A DNA stretch of 64,000 nt from Takakia lepidozioides. Lineage: Eukaryota > Plantae > Bryophyta. Made by a program: the position numbers and the translations under genes. Position 1 is the first letter of the stretch, and every line of letters starts with the position of its first letter. Below are positions 37,101 to 51,106 of the stretch, piece by piece. Where the stretch lies: positions 17,794,001 to 17,858,000 of the forward strand of contig CM060733.1 of NCBI GenBank assembly GCA_030704615.1, given 5' to 3'. The notes under the pieces were generated by a model. That model saw only the letters and a list, made by a program, of their open reading frames with translations, had not been told where the DNA came from and made no database searches.

Positions 37101-38967
37101 CAACACATTGGCACATTGGGGGAACAAAATTTTGTCCATTATGATATAGTCCACAATGGAACGTTCCCAGTTTGGGGTTTCTCACGAGTCCACTGCACTT
37201 GGTCACCTCTTGTCCTGTTATTCAAGGTCAAAAACTGAAGCTCTTCTAGACAGTTAATTAACCGTCTGCCATTAGAATTCAGCTCGTCCTCACCAAAAGG
37301 TCCAATGATATCGTCCTGATGGATCCCTTTGCCCACCCGGGCATTGAAGTCCCCCAATAGTACCACCTGACCTTTGGCAAGGAATGAAGCACAGTCCAGC
37401 TTTACATCTTCGAAGGCCTTGTCTGCGTCAGCACTAAGGGTCCCCTCTGTGGGCATGTAAACACAACCCCAAAGAGGTCCTTTGTACTCATGCCGCCCTT
37501 CAAATTCAGTTTTAGCCAGATACTATGCTCGTACCTCAAACCCTTGTTGATAATTTCACAATTGTCAAACAAGAAATCACGGACAAAGAATCCGACCCCT
37601 TTTTTACCGCGTTTGGCAGAGGCTGCCTTTAGAGTACACATCTTACCTGCCCATTTATAACCAATGACATCTCCAACCAGTTTATCGGACGTTTCCCATG
37701 TTTCTTGCCCAGCACAGATATGAATATCATTAGTCCGAAGAACTTGTCCCACTTCAAGTTGTTTCCTTTGGTTGGTCAACCCTGAGAAGTTGAAAGTGGC
37801 CAGCCGCAAGCCAGCCCTTTGCGTGTGAATTGTTTGTCGTCTAGGTAGCTTGTGATTGCTCCTGGACGGCCAACCGTTCTGCAAAGGGGGGACAGTTACC
37901 CCATGTGTAGATTTTGCTCGTCTTGTGTAAACTTTGAGAATTGGTAAGCCATTCAGGGTAGACTTTGAGGATTGGTAAACCATTTAGAGTACCAAATCCT
38001 TCAGTTACACGACGTTCAGGCTCTGCACACTTAGGGACAGATTGTCCATCTGACGGCTTGGGGACAATTACCCTGTGTATAGAATTTGTTCGTCTTGTGT
38101 AAACCTTGAGGATTGGTAAACCATTCAGAGTACCAAATCCTTCAGATTCAGGACGTTCAGGTTCCGTACACTTAGGGGCATCTTGTCCTTCTGGCTGTTT
38201 GGATTCAACCTCATCCAGAGCATCAAACCGATTAGAAACTCTCAAGTTGAAGTCGTTGCCCTTGGTTGTCTTCCTAGAGCGCCCCATTGAATCACCAATG
38301 TCTAAGACCGCTCTCCAGCTAGTCAAGGGACGAACTTCTTTGAGATTGAATTGATGCGGGACTCTATTAGAAGCACTTTTGGTCATTGCAACCTTCAACG
38401 TACCCCTGTTATCAAGTCTCGAGATGGTACCATTAGCCATGAAATCCAAGCCTAAGCTAGAGCATGTAGTTTTAAAGGACACATCTGGGATTCACCCCCA
38501 AAAACTACACATGAAGCCCTAGATTTGGCATAAGTAACCAATTCCCAGGGATCACCCTGAGGAGTGTTGATGTTGATAGGAGCTAATTTTTTTATTGTTT
38601 TCGCAGGCCATAAGTTTAAGCACAGGAACCAACCCGAGCCCAAGTGCCGAGTATGCTAGACAGAGCATACGACTGCACAATTTGGGCGGAGGGGCTGCCC
38701 CCAAGCGGTAGGAGTCCGCTTGTTACCATTCAGAGATCACACTCCAGGGAGTTGCAGGGAATGGCCCGTGTAGGCATATTCTAAAGAGGGAAAGGCCCCA
38801 AGCTTTCCAACTAAATCCAATGCACTACCTTACCTGAAGCAAAGCGCTTCAGGTCGAAACAAACAAGGACACGAGGTCACAAGGCCGGCATTTAGTCACA
38901 GAGACATTAATGTACTCCCGTTTCAAGTCCACCCAATGTCAATAGGCTTCCTAGAGGACAGGGAGAA
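34153..38967 (-). mobile_element. Near full-length non-LTR retrotransposon (APE endonuclease plus RT; RTE/RTEX- or CR1/L2-like) with an internally inverted RT segment
   Basis: 17-bp TSD GTTAAGGGAGAAAGAGA (34136-34152 / 38968-38984). Minus-strand APE motifs ATFNFSGL, GQETW, LLGDFNARVG, DYII, SDHFLV. Plus-strand RT 34349-35848 (NYRGITLL, QAGFR, FLDVKKAYD, GVAQGCTLSP, FADD). 3' UTR and tail on minus at 34153-34347. Confidence 0.92.
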
Positions 38968-39239
38968 GTTAAGGGAGAAAGAGAGAGGGAGAGAGAGGGA
39001 GAGCAGAGCTAAGATTGAGAGATTTCCAAAGCTCTAATCATGGTGTATGTTTTTAAAACATGATCTGGGGTGGTTTCATCTTCTGAGAGAGACTAGAAGT
39101 GAGAAACTTCGTAACGTCCACTGCAACCTCAGAAAGAAAAGCCTGATGAGTATAAGCAGTTATGTCTGCTGGTTTGTGACGTGCATGCTATTCCCTGAGG
39201 ACTTTATGATCCTTCCTGTCCATTGCTTTGATGCCCCAG

Positions 39240-40094
39240 GTGGATGTCGCATATGCGCCATTTATTGAACGGTCTGAAATTGCCTTCTCTGCGATTAAGA
39301 ACTATGACATTACAGCTGGGCGACCAAAGCTTACCAAGTGGATTGAGGTAAGGAAGGAATCCAGTCCTCCCAAAATCGTTGGTGATAGATACTTCATCTC
39401 TGAACATTTTCTCTTTGTCCTGTCTCTCTCTCTTGCTCGTGGCTTTAAGACATGAAAGAAAATGCTCTCTTTTCTCTCTCTCCTTTTACAATGTTCCCCT
39501 TTTTCTTCCAGCCCACGCCACTAGAACCAATTTTTGCCTGTCCCCCAATGGGCTCTATAACTGCCCGCTATGGCAAGGATCAAATAACTAAACAAGTTAT
39601 ATCTCTTCTGTGAGTACTTTCCAGCCCACACTTGCAGTGATGTTTTGCTAGGAGCTCCTAAGGTCTTCAGAATGGGGTATCGGTGTATAGGCTGTGAATA
39701 AGGTGGAGGCATATGCAACCACCAAACTTGATCGCAGCATTATACTGGATTATTTGAAGAAATGGGTGGTAAGCTGCAAACTGTTTTGCTTTCAAATGTG
39801 GGAAAGGTGGAAGGGGCACATCAGAGAGATGTTCTATTGACATGAAACTACCAGTACACAAAAGAGCAGACAGAAGATGGGGGGGTAGAGAGATGTTTTG
39901 TCCTGAGAATTTCTTCATTTTGTTTGCTGAGAGTAATACACAGAAGGCATTACTTGGCTTATCGTGTTTGACACTTTCGTGGAAGGAACCAGTGAATGTA
40001 AATTATGTCAGATACGGTGGGGAAGTGCTTCCAGCAGGTGGGGCTTGTTGAGGATGAAACCCAAACCACCCCAGTACCTGTGGTTAGCACATAA
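39240..40094 (+). pseudogene. GSTL: Orphan 3' half of a diverged GSTL copy (D): exons 8-10
   Basis: 39240-39347 VDVAYAPFIERSEIAFSAIKNYDITAGRPKLTKWIE; 39691-39768; about 40038-40094 VGLVEDETQTTPVPVVST*. No exons 1-7 found upstream. Its intron 7 is split by the 4.8-kb LINE. Confidence 0.75.
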
Positions 40095-41834
40095 TCCACA
40101 TTGTGTTTCGGATTGATTGGATTCTAGAATCAAGATCGGATGATCATAAGCTTTGTGGTCCACATCAATCAGCTTGCTCTCAAAGGTGGTTTTGAGATGT
40201 ATACCCAGAATGAATTGGGATATTCGACCAAACAATCAATCTGCTTTAGTCAGAGAACATGGATTAGACATTATGACAGCGTATGGACGCATAGATCTTG
40301 CCAAGTTGCTAACTTGGCAACTTTGTAAAGATTTACAAAAGAGACCCAAATGAGGTGATTGTACAAGAGTTAACAAAACCTCAAAGTGGAAGAAGCAAAA
40401 CCCCATAACAAAGGGAAATATAAAGACAAAAGAGAGCAAATCAAACCTATTAAGATCATCTACTGCCTAAAGTAGATCATACAACAAAAAAGAAAGTGGG
40501 TTACAAAGAGCCCGGCCAGGACAGTCATCATACTGTTTATGGGGGTACTTTGACGATACAATGACTGCTATGCATAACTCACAGAAGAGCTATGCCAGGA
40601 GACAAGATTAAAGGAAATGCAATCATCCTATGCACACCTTGAATGGGAACATGCCTGACATCCTCGAGAAACGAAATAAAAGTTGGTAATTGCTCTCACA
40701 GATTGTATACGAGAAAACTATTTCCTTGAGGGAAGTTGAGCCCTTGTTCCTCCCTAAGGAGAGACCAAGCATTCTCCTGATGTACCTTCCACAGTTCATA
40801 CCCACTTGTGAAGGCAACACTATCAAGTGAAAGGCTCCAACATATATCTATATATGTATATATATATATAGTTACATCTGTCTATTATCAGTTTTTCATC
40901 CCTCTAGTGAGTGCTATCATGGTTCCATTAATGTTCAGTTCCCTTCAGTTTCATTATAAAAAGTTCCCTTGAGTTTTATCAGATTGAGTTCCATTACATT
41001 CAGCTCCTTTCAGATTTATTCCTGGATACACATTCCCATTGGTAGGGGCTGAAATCCATGCTCGCTTCCCAAAAACTCTTCTTGTTGGTGTTCTCAGCCA
41101 TTTTCTTATTTCACAGACTGGCCGTGACCCGACACTTGCTAGTATATTTTGTATCCTGCGATGTTGCCACTGCTGGGTCCAGTCAATACAAAGCCAACTA
41201 CCTGTTTCTACAGAGGTCTGGCTATAGTAGTAATTCAGGTGTAATTGACAAGAAATGAAAAGGCCACCAGATGAGAGAAATTTACTGTCCTCTGGCCTGT
41301 GTAAAAGAACTGTACAGAATGGATTCACAGGAGTGCCAAAATTATGTAGTCCTCAGCAGGCTGTGCTGGATTTGTGCAGCCAAAGAATGTTGTTGCTTGC
41401 AATATCATAATTCACATATTGAAATCCTGCAAGAAAACTCAGTAGGGTCAGCAAAGTCGCTTGCTCTCCTATAGTGGTACATACACATTCCGCTAAACAA
41501 AAATCGAGTATGGGCCAGTAAAAAGTACAAAGCAACTGGCCTGCAGGCAGACCCTCAATTGGGTGAGCATCAACTGGAAAACAAACCAAACACATTTGAA
41601 GGCATAAAATGGAGAATCCATTTGCTATGTTACTGCACTCTGTGGCTTAGCAGGACAGAGAGTTTCAAATCTTGAAAAATCAGGATTGAGAATTTTGGCC
41701 ATTATTTTACAGCTTCTCTCTATGCATTCTATGGGTGTGGATTACATCCATGCTGTGGACACTAACAGTGAGTTCAAAACAAATTACCAGGTATAGTAAA
41801 CACAGAGAGGGCACATACTAGGAAGTAGGCAATA

Positions 41835-44800
41835 TTAGTCAGTGTATATGAATTGCCTCTTCCAGATCTTGGCACGCCTCTTGTTCCATATCTTGGGCAA
41901 ATACAATCTGTCATATGCAGTGCGGTCAGGCTTTATTATCTGCACCACACACCGTGTTGCTAGGATTAGTCTCCAGAATTTTGCAGCCCCATACATCAAT
42001 ACAGGAATACAACTAAGCCCACAAGTCAAGAGTACAATTACTTTGTGCAAGGCCCTTCCACAAAGGTGCATGGAAAACTCTTCTCCTCAACCCCAAGCAC
42101 CTTAAGAATGAGTGAAAAACGTATATCTGTTGGAGATGAACATACCAATTTGCAATATTCAAATAAACCAAAGAAAAGGCTTGACATGAGAGACACATGA
42201 AAGGCACGTGCACCCTGAAAATCCAACACAAACACATCCCAAGCATAGTCAGTTAAAACCCAGAAGTTAGTATCAAGATGCTATGAAATCTTCAAAAGCA
42301 AGACAGTTCCACACTCATAAGATACTCGAAGTTTAAGATAAACCAATGTCTCTGCAATTGATATAAGTGAAAAGAGAAAAAAACCTTTCCTGCACAATTG
42401 TGATGGTTTCAAAACTCTTCCTGCAGAAATAAGTCAATGTTGCAACAGGAAAATAGCATACTAACATAAACAATTGTGGCTTCTATACATGCTGTTCCTC
42501 TTTACTAGATTCTACAGCTCATACTGTTGGTTGCAGAATGTACCAAGCCCGTGAATAGACCAGTAGCTCCCTTCTCCTTCACCACCGTCATTGCAATCCT
42601 GATGATACCCTGAGGCACTCCACACTGCTGGCGTGTCTTCACTAGGTCCAGCTGCCAACAGCCAACATCCATGTTCAAACTAACACTCCCTAAGCTTTGA
42701 CAGAGCAGTTCTACTTTGATCAAAGGGGAAATTGACCTCCACATATATCTATTAGACTCACGACGAGAGTAGCGAGAGTCACCATGACGACTGTGGGGCT
42801 ACTTCCTGTACTTACAATGTACAACCTGCTATGCATTCCCCTCCAGAACTATCACTTCCAATTTTGCCACAAAATGTAGGACATGGATGCAGTCAAAAAA
42901 AGAACACCAATAGTAAACTAAAATAGATGTAAGCTTCAGCGCAGGAACCCAGAGAGTACATGATTCCTGGACATCTCAGAAAAGAGCTCGAACAAGTTCT
43001 TACCGGCATGGTGCATGTAGCAGCAATGGCCCCTGCACACGCTCCCAGTAGTAAATGCTCAGGCGTCCTGACAAACAGAATTTTTTTTGTTATTTCTCAT
43101 CCACACAATGCAAAGAAAAAATGTTTGCTCAGCTCAAGCTCTTGATTATTTGAAAATAAAATGCATTTAATGAACATACAATAATGCAGCAGATGACTCT
43201 ATAACTAAGCACCTCAGAAAGATGATGGAGACCAAAGAATAAGACCTTGCAGGTAGAAAGGAAAAGGTTTTAGCCCAAACATAGGCTAAGAGGGCGATTG
43301 GAGAGAGAGAATGTACTCGTAAGACATTGTTTGCCATAGCCTTATGGCCATAGAAACTGGGGAGAGAGAGGGAGACAGAATGTACTCATAACACATTGTT
43401 TGAGATAGAGATTGGAGAGAGAATGTACTCATAAGACGTTGTTTGCCGTAGCCTTGTGGCCATTGGAGATTGGGGGGGGGGAGGGAGAGAGGGAGGGGGG
43501 GGGGGGGGAGAGAGGGGACTCTCTGGTTCAGCTTGTGCAAGCAGATCTACCCCACACATGGTGCACAGTTCTGCAGGGGTAACACAATTGCAGTGGGCAA
43601 ATATGCAAGAGACATACGTAAGCTTCGAAACCTTGCGCTTAGCCTGTACCATGGACCTCATCTTCTCGTACACACTGAACTGCACCCACCGAAACATCCC
43701 ATTAAGCCTTCTGTCTGGCTTCTTTCTTTTGCTCACTATGATTTTCTAGAAGTTTTTCCTGTCTCACTAAGTATCCATGTTTACTTTGGGATACTCCAAC
43801 CACACTGGAACACAGATAAAAGAAGAATACACATCAACAAAGGCAAAAGAGTAGTCTGAACATACTTGTATTGCTATTTCTGGAACATCCCGCATGAGAG
43901 TTGGCCAAAACCCTCTGTACAAGCCACCGAGGCCTTCTGCCATAACAACTGACTGGTACGCTTCAAACACTGCCAGCCAGAAACCCATGTTCAACCAGGA
44001 GTACAATCTATAATTTCCTCTGTTTGAAAGTAGTGGTTTCAAATACGATCAGTACAGAGCATGCTATCATGCCCTTCTATGGTTGTGGTCTTAAGAACTG
44101 CACACGACTAAATCCCTTGGCATGCCACTAAGCTCTCAGATGGTATCAGGAGCTGCAGTGTCACTGTCAACATACAGCCTTTGAATTGAACCCAGGAAAC
44201 AAGGTTGAAGAAACACAGATAGGAAGAGGTGAATTTCACTAAGGGTACCACCAGCCACTAAGCGTCCAGAGGTTAATGAACCAACTTGAAAACATCAAAG
44301 CTATGGGTAACTTCCATGTTTCAACGGTGTCATGTGCTAAGGCTACAAGAAGCATCCAGCTTTGACAAAACAGAAGGAAATGAAAACCAGTCCAGCCCCA
44401 AGAATGTGGCAAATGATAGTATACGGAGACACATCAAAGGCATATTGCAAACTGATAAACTCCCTCAGCTAAAAGTCTAAGAGAGTAGAAAAGAGAGGGG
44501 CAGAAAAATGTACCATTTGAGTGCATATAAGCTTGCACTCGATGCTTCAATGTATCAGCAGGAACCTACAACCAACCCCAAGACCGGTTACTTAGCTCCT
44601 TGCCTACCAGCTGGCAATGGAGAACCGAGAAATACAGAACCTGCGTATACTTTGACGCCCTGACCCTGGTACACATATACAGGAAATTAAAGATCCTGCA
44701 TAAAATTTGTCCTTATGGTGCAGTGCAATCCAGTCACCCCCTGCACTGCATCCAGTCTAGAGCAACACAGGTTACATGTAGAAGCATTAGACACTCCAAA

Positions 44801-46309
44801 TACTTATGCGCATGAGAGTCATAGATGAAGACGAGATCAGCAAAACAGGAGGAAAGTTCTGTACCCGGACTATAGAGGCTGCAATGGTACCCATAGAAGC
44901 AGAGGCCACATGCACCAATCCTGGTGGCAGACATTTCTCCAACTTTTGCTTTGAAGCTGCTCAGCACAATTAACACCATAGCACAATAAAATCTCTCCCT
45001 CACATTTGTACTTCCTCTTATTTCACACTATGCAAACAAACTACTTGCATGTACAACTATTCCTATGTGTGATATTGGCACAAATTTTCGTGTAAAAAAA
45101 CAAATCAATTAGTAAGAAAGAAGCTCACATTCATACACGGCAAAATATAGGAGTGCATTAGGCACAGTGCCAAGGATAGCTCCCATCACTCCACGGTACA
45201 AATCTGCAGGCCCTTTCAAGAACCAATTATCAATGCCAAGAGGGCCTATCCCAATGGCATGTGATGAAATTTTTTGCCTCCATTTCCGAAGCATCTTTGG
45301 TGGATCCTGTATTTGCATTCTTGTCTTCACGGTATCAACAGGATGGCCACCAACCTACAGAATCATGATAGCCCACCACTCAACAACCTAATGCAATAGA
45401 ATTACATAAATCAGCCATCAGCCACACCCAAAAGGCTGAGGAGCAGGGGTCCAGGATAAAGGACCAGTAAGTACTTTCCCAAACTACACTGTGCTTTCTA
45501 ATTTCTGACTTCTGTTTCCAAACATGAAATGCATAAACAGATGAAAGGTGTGTACTCTGCATTTGTACGAACTGCGGTGGAAAGAAGTGACTACAAGATC
45601 AGAAATTTGAGTCAATGAATATCTGCGTCACAAGCCCTGCCAACCATCTTGAATATGGCTGAACCATCTGAGGCAAGTTTCAAATACTAGTCACATGATA
45701 AAAAGTAGTCTTAACACCTAGAGGCAGGTATATATCTGGGGATGATAGATTTTATCATTAAGTTGCACTGTTCTGCTTTCCGTACAGAAGACAAAGGCAT
45801 AGATAGGGAGGTGAAAAAGAGAACGCTAAGACAGACAGTGATGAAGAAAATAACACACAGACAGAAGAGCACAAATTTTAGCAAACAGAGAAATGAAACG
45901 AAATGGTACTTAGAAAACACACCTGAGACAAGGTTCTAGCCATGGTGCCTGCACAGATATGATTGAGAGCAGTCTCCGCTGCAGAAGGGCTCGTGTAATC
46001 AAAGAAAGGAAGCTGCATCTTCCATGTCACCTCAGAACGGACGCTCTCAGTTGGTAATACTTCTGGGCAGCGCACTGAAGAAAAACTGATTTTCACATTA
46101 TTATTCGAGATCTTAGAACCAGGGGGTGTTTTCTGGGGTCGATGTTCAAGTCGATGCTGAATATTCTCGACGAAACCTTTGGAAATCTTAGGGTACACTC
46201 CTTCTGTTGAAAAACAGAGCTCTTCATGCACAAATCTCCAAACCCCATGCATCGGTGAGCCCGATTGGTCATCCACCTCTTTGCCAAGTCTAACCATCCC
46301 TGAAGCCAT
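41835..46309 (-). CDS. Mitochondrial carrier family (SLC25) protein, SAM-carrier-like, about 9-10 exons; N-terminus uncertain
   Basis: Three carrier signatures HPVDTVKTRMQ, VPADTLKHRVQ, PLDLVKTRQQ, plus LYRG and RDVPEIAIQF. Exons approximately 46309-45923, 45354-45129, 44956-44866, 44565-44514, 43970-43867, 43680-43617, 43066-43003, 42652-42545, 42214-42146, 41940-41835. Confidence 0.82.
43290..43475 (-). mobile_element. Cluster of very short LINE 3'-tail copies in an intron of the carrier gene
   Basis: Three copies of GAGAGAATGTACTCATAAGACGTTGTTTG(CCGTAGCCTTGTGGCCAT) matching 34150-34195, embedded in GA tracts. Confidence 0.75.
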
Positions 46310-47266
46310 GGCAATTGAGAAAAGATACGTAGGGGTTGAAGACACCAGTCCAAATGCCTCACCTCCAACAAGAAGCTATATCTGTATGGTGGATGAGATA
46401 TGGCCTTTCAGGAGAGCCCGGACAAGTAAACAGGGAAGACGTGATACCGGGCCCAGAGAGCTGGCCCAGCGAAAGAGAGATGGAGAAGAGTGAAGAATGT
46501 GAAGGCATATAATGTATTTGCCAAAAGCTACAGCCTTCAGTGGACATGTATACACTGAAAGGAAAGATCGAAAACTGGACATATAGGACAAAGTGAACCA
46601 GAATAGAATGCTGGAGTCTGTTTTGGAAGAAAAACACTGGCTTCCGTAGGGGGAAGAGCAAATATTACACGACAAATCGTGATTACAAAGGAGTGATTAC
46701 AAATTGAAGTCTTGTCGACAAATTCTGATGGAAAGAACATACAGCCACTTCCCCTGAAGTGAGACAGAGGAGCCTACGTGGCGGTTAGCACATCAGGCCC
46801 AGCGAAGAACGACTGCAAACCCCTTGCGACATCTGCAGAAACTGATTCACGGTATCCTCCAGCTTTACTTGAATCAATGTACTTGAGGCTTAATCACAAA
46901 GAGTTTCTGTAGTTGCAACCCGATCAGCTCGGCTGTAAACTATTCGGTGTCTCATATGGATCCAAAGAAGCAGCTCCTCTAGTTCATCAACGCTTCAAAT
47001 TCAGCCTCCTGCTGCTCGGGGATTGCTTCCTTGCTTCGTTGCGATAATGAATGTGCCAAATGAGACCGGTCAGCTAAACTGATACTACTTGTAGATGACT
47101 TCTGCCTCGCTTTCAGCGCTAGACACACAGAATATGCAAGATCACATGAAAACAACCTCCAGAGACACAATGCAAGCTGGATAACCTTACAAAACAGCCC
47201 GTCAGACAGAGACGACACCACCGTTGCAGACCGCAGGTTTCTGTTGCAACTCCAGAAATCCTTCGA

Positions 47267-47602
47267 GTATCGATAGAGCGAAAATAAGACGACATCTAAA
47301 TGCTTTCCTTGATAGTGCTTACTGAGAAAGATAAAAGGGCGGATCAGCTGTTGAAAAAGGCTGAAAAAGAGTGTAGCAAGAGAGAGGCAAGCTCAGAAGT
47401 CCCTGACAACGAATCGCATAAACTCCAGATATTCTTCATGTATCCATAGAGCGAAAATAAGACGACGTCTAAATGCTTTCCTTGATAGTGCTTACTGAGA
47501 AAGATAAAAACGCGGATCAGCTGTTGAAAGAGGCTGAAAAAAAGTGTAGCAAGAGAGAGGCAAGCTCAGAAGTCCATGACAACAAATCGCATAAACTCCA
47601 GA
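47267..47602. repeat. Two-copy tandem duplication, unit about 173 bp
   Basis: 47267-47429 matches 47440-47602 (gagcgaaaataagacgac...gcataaactccaga). Confidence 0.9.
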
Positions 47603-48760
47603 AAGCCCCTGCCACACTCTACTCTAATAATACTCTTGCAGGCCAGACCGCGAGGCACAAAATCTGTGCATAGCCTCGCCTCGTAAAACATCACACTCCT
47701 CTCACAACAACGCTACTCATCACAATTCAGGCCCTCCCTCTCCCCACCGACGCTCATTGCCTCACAGTACGCCTGCACGCCCTGCCTGAGAGCACTCACG
47801 GCACGCGGCACACTGTGACTGGACTTGATCCGCGTTACCCCCGTGAAAACCCCAGTGTGGCCTCCAATTATAGGCGGGAATCCTTTCACTCTTACTTTCA
47901 CTCCACCCCTTCGTCAAATTTATCACAGCATATTCTCTCCAGTTATACACACCCTTCGAGTGCCACATGGATGAGGAGCTGGACAACTCGACATCCTTCC
48001 ATACGGATGTAGATGCTGCCTCGTTAATGACAAATATTTATCATCCATCTTGTGGATGTTGGCTAGACTTGTGTTTGGATGATAGATGAATGTTCATTTG
48101 TGTTGTGTTTGGATGCGATGAGGTGGATCGTCGCAGAGCTACAGCGCCGGATAATGACACGTAAAGCGCAGTGCCCGGAATGTTGGCCGGCACTCGCGCG
48201 CAGGCGGCGGGCCGCCAGCGTGCGGCGCTGGTTCGTAGCGTACGTCGGGCAGCAGGCTTGGGGCAGCGGGTGGATGGAGGGGAGGCGGTCAAAACGCCGG
48301 GGGGACCCAGCGGGGAAAAGGTGGTAGATATTTGACAGAAGGCATCGCGCGAGGGATATCCTGCTGTGCGTCTCTCCAAAGATGCTGCCTGCGCTAAAAG
48401 TTGAGCGTGCCCACATGGACGCAACAGAATGCTGCTCTGTCTGCTCGCAGGGTTTACGTGGAGCTGATTGGAACAGTGTGGGAACAGATTTACTGATTGT
48501 AATCTTGATTGATAACCAATCTGTTCAGTGCGAGTTGCTGGGATCATTTTCTTGGAAAGTGCAAAGAGAGTGAACGAATTACAGCCGAAAAGGTGGAAGC
48601 ATTGCATGTAGACTGTAGAGATGGAGGAATTCGTTTGATGTTATTGGGAAGGGAGGGACTTGATGCATGTAGGGCATTGTTGAATCTAGAAGAGCGATCT
48701 GAGTGGGATAGATTTGGGGGAGGAGGAAGCAGGGGGTCATCTGCAGATTTGCCGATCGAC

Positions 48761-49174
48761 ATGGCTATGGGCAGATTGCGCAGCTTGGGTAGCTCTATTC
48801 AGCGTCTCGTAGTTTCCCCCATGCCTGAAGCTGTTTCCTCTTTGCCATTTAGGTCTATGCACAGCAGCGTTCGTGTTTCTCCTGACATTGCTCGTTTCAC
48901 TCGCGGGTTGGTTCTTCCCTTCCGCACAATTGAGACAGCGGCCAATGTACCTCCAGCTCCAGGAAGCTCTCCGATTCCCCCGGAAGAAGAAGGTGGGGGA
49001 GACAAGGGATGGGCTGCGGTGGAAGGGGGAGAAAAGGATGTGGACGATGAGGATGAGGATGGCGATGGGGGAGAGATGAAGAACCCAGTGACAGGAGAGA
49101 TAGGAGGTCCTAGAGGGCCTGAGCCGACGCGCTACGGTGACTGGGAGAAGGGGGGCCGCTGTTCAGATTTTTGA
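48761..49174 (+). CDS. SDHAF4: Succinate dehydrogenase assembly factor 4 (DUF1674), 137 aa, intronless
   Basis: C-terminal [30 protein letters not shown] signature. Arg/Ser-rich presequence-like N-terminus from ATG 48761. Confidence 0.93.
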   Translation: MAMGRLRSLGSSIQRLVVSPMPEAVSSLPFRSMHSSVRVSPDIARFTRGLVLPFRTIETAANVPPAPGSSPIPPEEEGGGDKGWAAVEGGEKDVDDEDEDGDGGEMKNPVTGEIGGPRGPEPTRYGDWEKGGRCSDF

Positions 49175-51106
49175 AGTCTGTGCACGGTAAACCTCTGTCT
49201 CTCTCTGTCTCTGTCTCTGTCTCTTTCTCTGGTAATAGTAATTCTCTCCATTTCTTTTCTCCAGTTTAGCTACGTAACAATCTGCCCTGTATATCTCTGT
49301 GATCCAACCTAATGTGCTTGAAGATGCCCTAAAACATTGTCATAGAGTAGTGTCCATGTGATAACTGTCTATGGACACATTAGGTTCGTTTTCTGAACCG
49401 AAAGCTCATTAGCGGGGTTTGCATTACGATAAGAGGTTACGTCCCGTCTTTGTGGTATCACTATGGACTCTCCGGAATACGTTTGGAGCAGTGATAGTAC
49501 TGCAAGCTTATTGCTGGGTTGTGCAATGGCGATGGATGAGGGGCTGAGCTTGTTGTGAGCACTTGCTCTGATGTTGCTCTGATGTTCTCTGATGTTCTCA
49601 AATGGGCACTTTTTCAGCATATGTTCACTAGATCTATGGTGTTGGATTTGTGATCACAAGTCAATTGATTGACTGGTATGCTGACCACAGGAAGTGCAGG
49701 GTCCAGGATTGAGCCACGGGCTGATGAACAACTATTGTGGGGGACCCCAGCAAAAATGTGCATGTGGTGGCTGCAAAATTCCCACTCTAAAGGTGCTCCC
49801 CCCTAAACAGTAATTCAGGAGGGCCATCGGGCCTGTGATATACTCTGGCATGGGGTGGTTGATTCATAACTTCTCTAGTTTCTGTGGACCTCTCCTTGTG
49901 TAGGTGTGGTGTTTGTGTGTGCACCATATACACATGGGAAAGAGCCACAGTCAAATTTTTCAAAGGAACTGCTGTGCTTTCAACTGAAAACCTTTATTGT
50001 TTGACAGGTCCCTCCCACATTTCCTTTACTAATGGACAGCTGGGGTTTTGGCAGTTGCCGGGGCAGAGACAACTTTTTCTTCAGCTCTGGGGTCTCGCCG
50101 ATTTCATTTGGTGGTTCATGTCTTTGAACTTCCACTGGATAAGGGCAGTATATTCATTTCAGCCAGTTACATGTGAATAGTAGAGTTGTTTTGCAGATCG
50201 GTGACAGGCAAATGCCAAATAGCAAATGGCAGAGTATGACGACCAATATTGACATATCAAAAGTAAATCATGTTCGTCTGTATGTTGGGTTGGTAAAACC
50301 TTGTGTTTGGAAGAAGCTTCACCTTAACCGGCCGCCAGGCCCAAAATGAGCTGCTGCGGTTGTTCAATCCACAGATGATTTTTCAGATATGGATAGTTTC
50401 ACAGGATTTTTAGTTGACATGGGAGACCACTTTGCACGCAGTTTGGATTGGATGCTGCCTGTGAGAAGCTAATGTGGAGAGAAGGAGAGTTTCCAGCTTG
50501 TAAATGGGCCATCCTTGTGGAGCTCTGTTTCTCCACGTAAAGCGAATTTGTCCAAATCGCCTCATTTCACGGGCACTGACAGTAATCCTTGAAGATAATA
50601 ATTAGAAAATAAATGTGAAATTTAGAATTGAAACATTTTTTATTTTCACCTCGATGGAAAATAATAATATTAAATTAAATGCAAGGAACAAGAACGAAAA
50701 GATAAGATGGAATTGGAGGATAAATATGAAGAGAACTGAACGTAACAGAATTCAATGTGATAAAACTGAAAGGAATTGAGTATAAGGGAGCTGAATGGAA
50801 GTGTGGACAACCAAGTTGTGAGCCCAGTGGTAATGGGCACAAACCACCTGGGAAGTTGGTGTGGGTTCACCAATTGGTGTTGCAAAGGTGTCAACCAGTG
50901 TTGGACTGGTATACTGATAAAAAACTGGTATATCAAGGGGCCTGATTTGTGAGCTGTCACTCCCAGGTGTTTCCCTTATTATTATTATTATTTTAAAACT
51001 GGTATTAATATTTGTTCATATACTGGTAGGAAGTACCAGAAAAATAATAAAATGTACATGCCTCATGGCCTCTGGTCTTGGTTATTTTTTTCAAGACTCC
51101 TCTTAA

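Noticed and set aside
48509-48760. N-terminal extension of the SDHAF4 ORF (221 aa in the track)
   Set aside because: Begins at a non-ATG codon; ATG 48761 gives a typical size and a presequence-like start.
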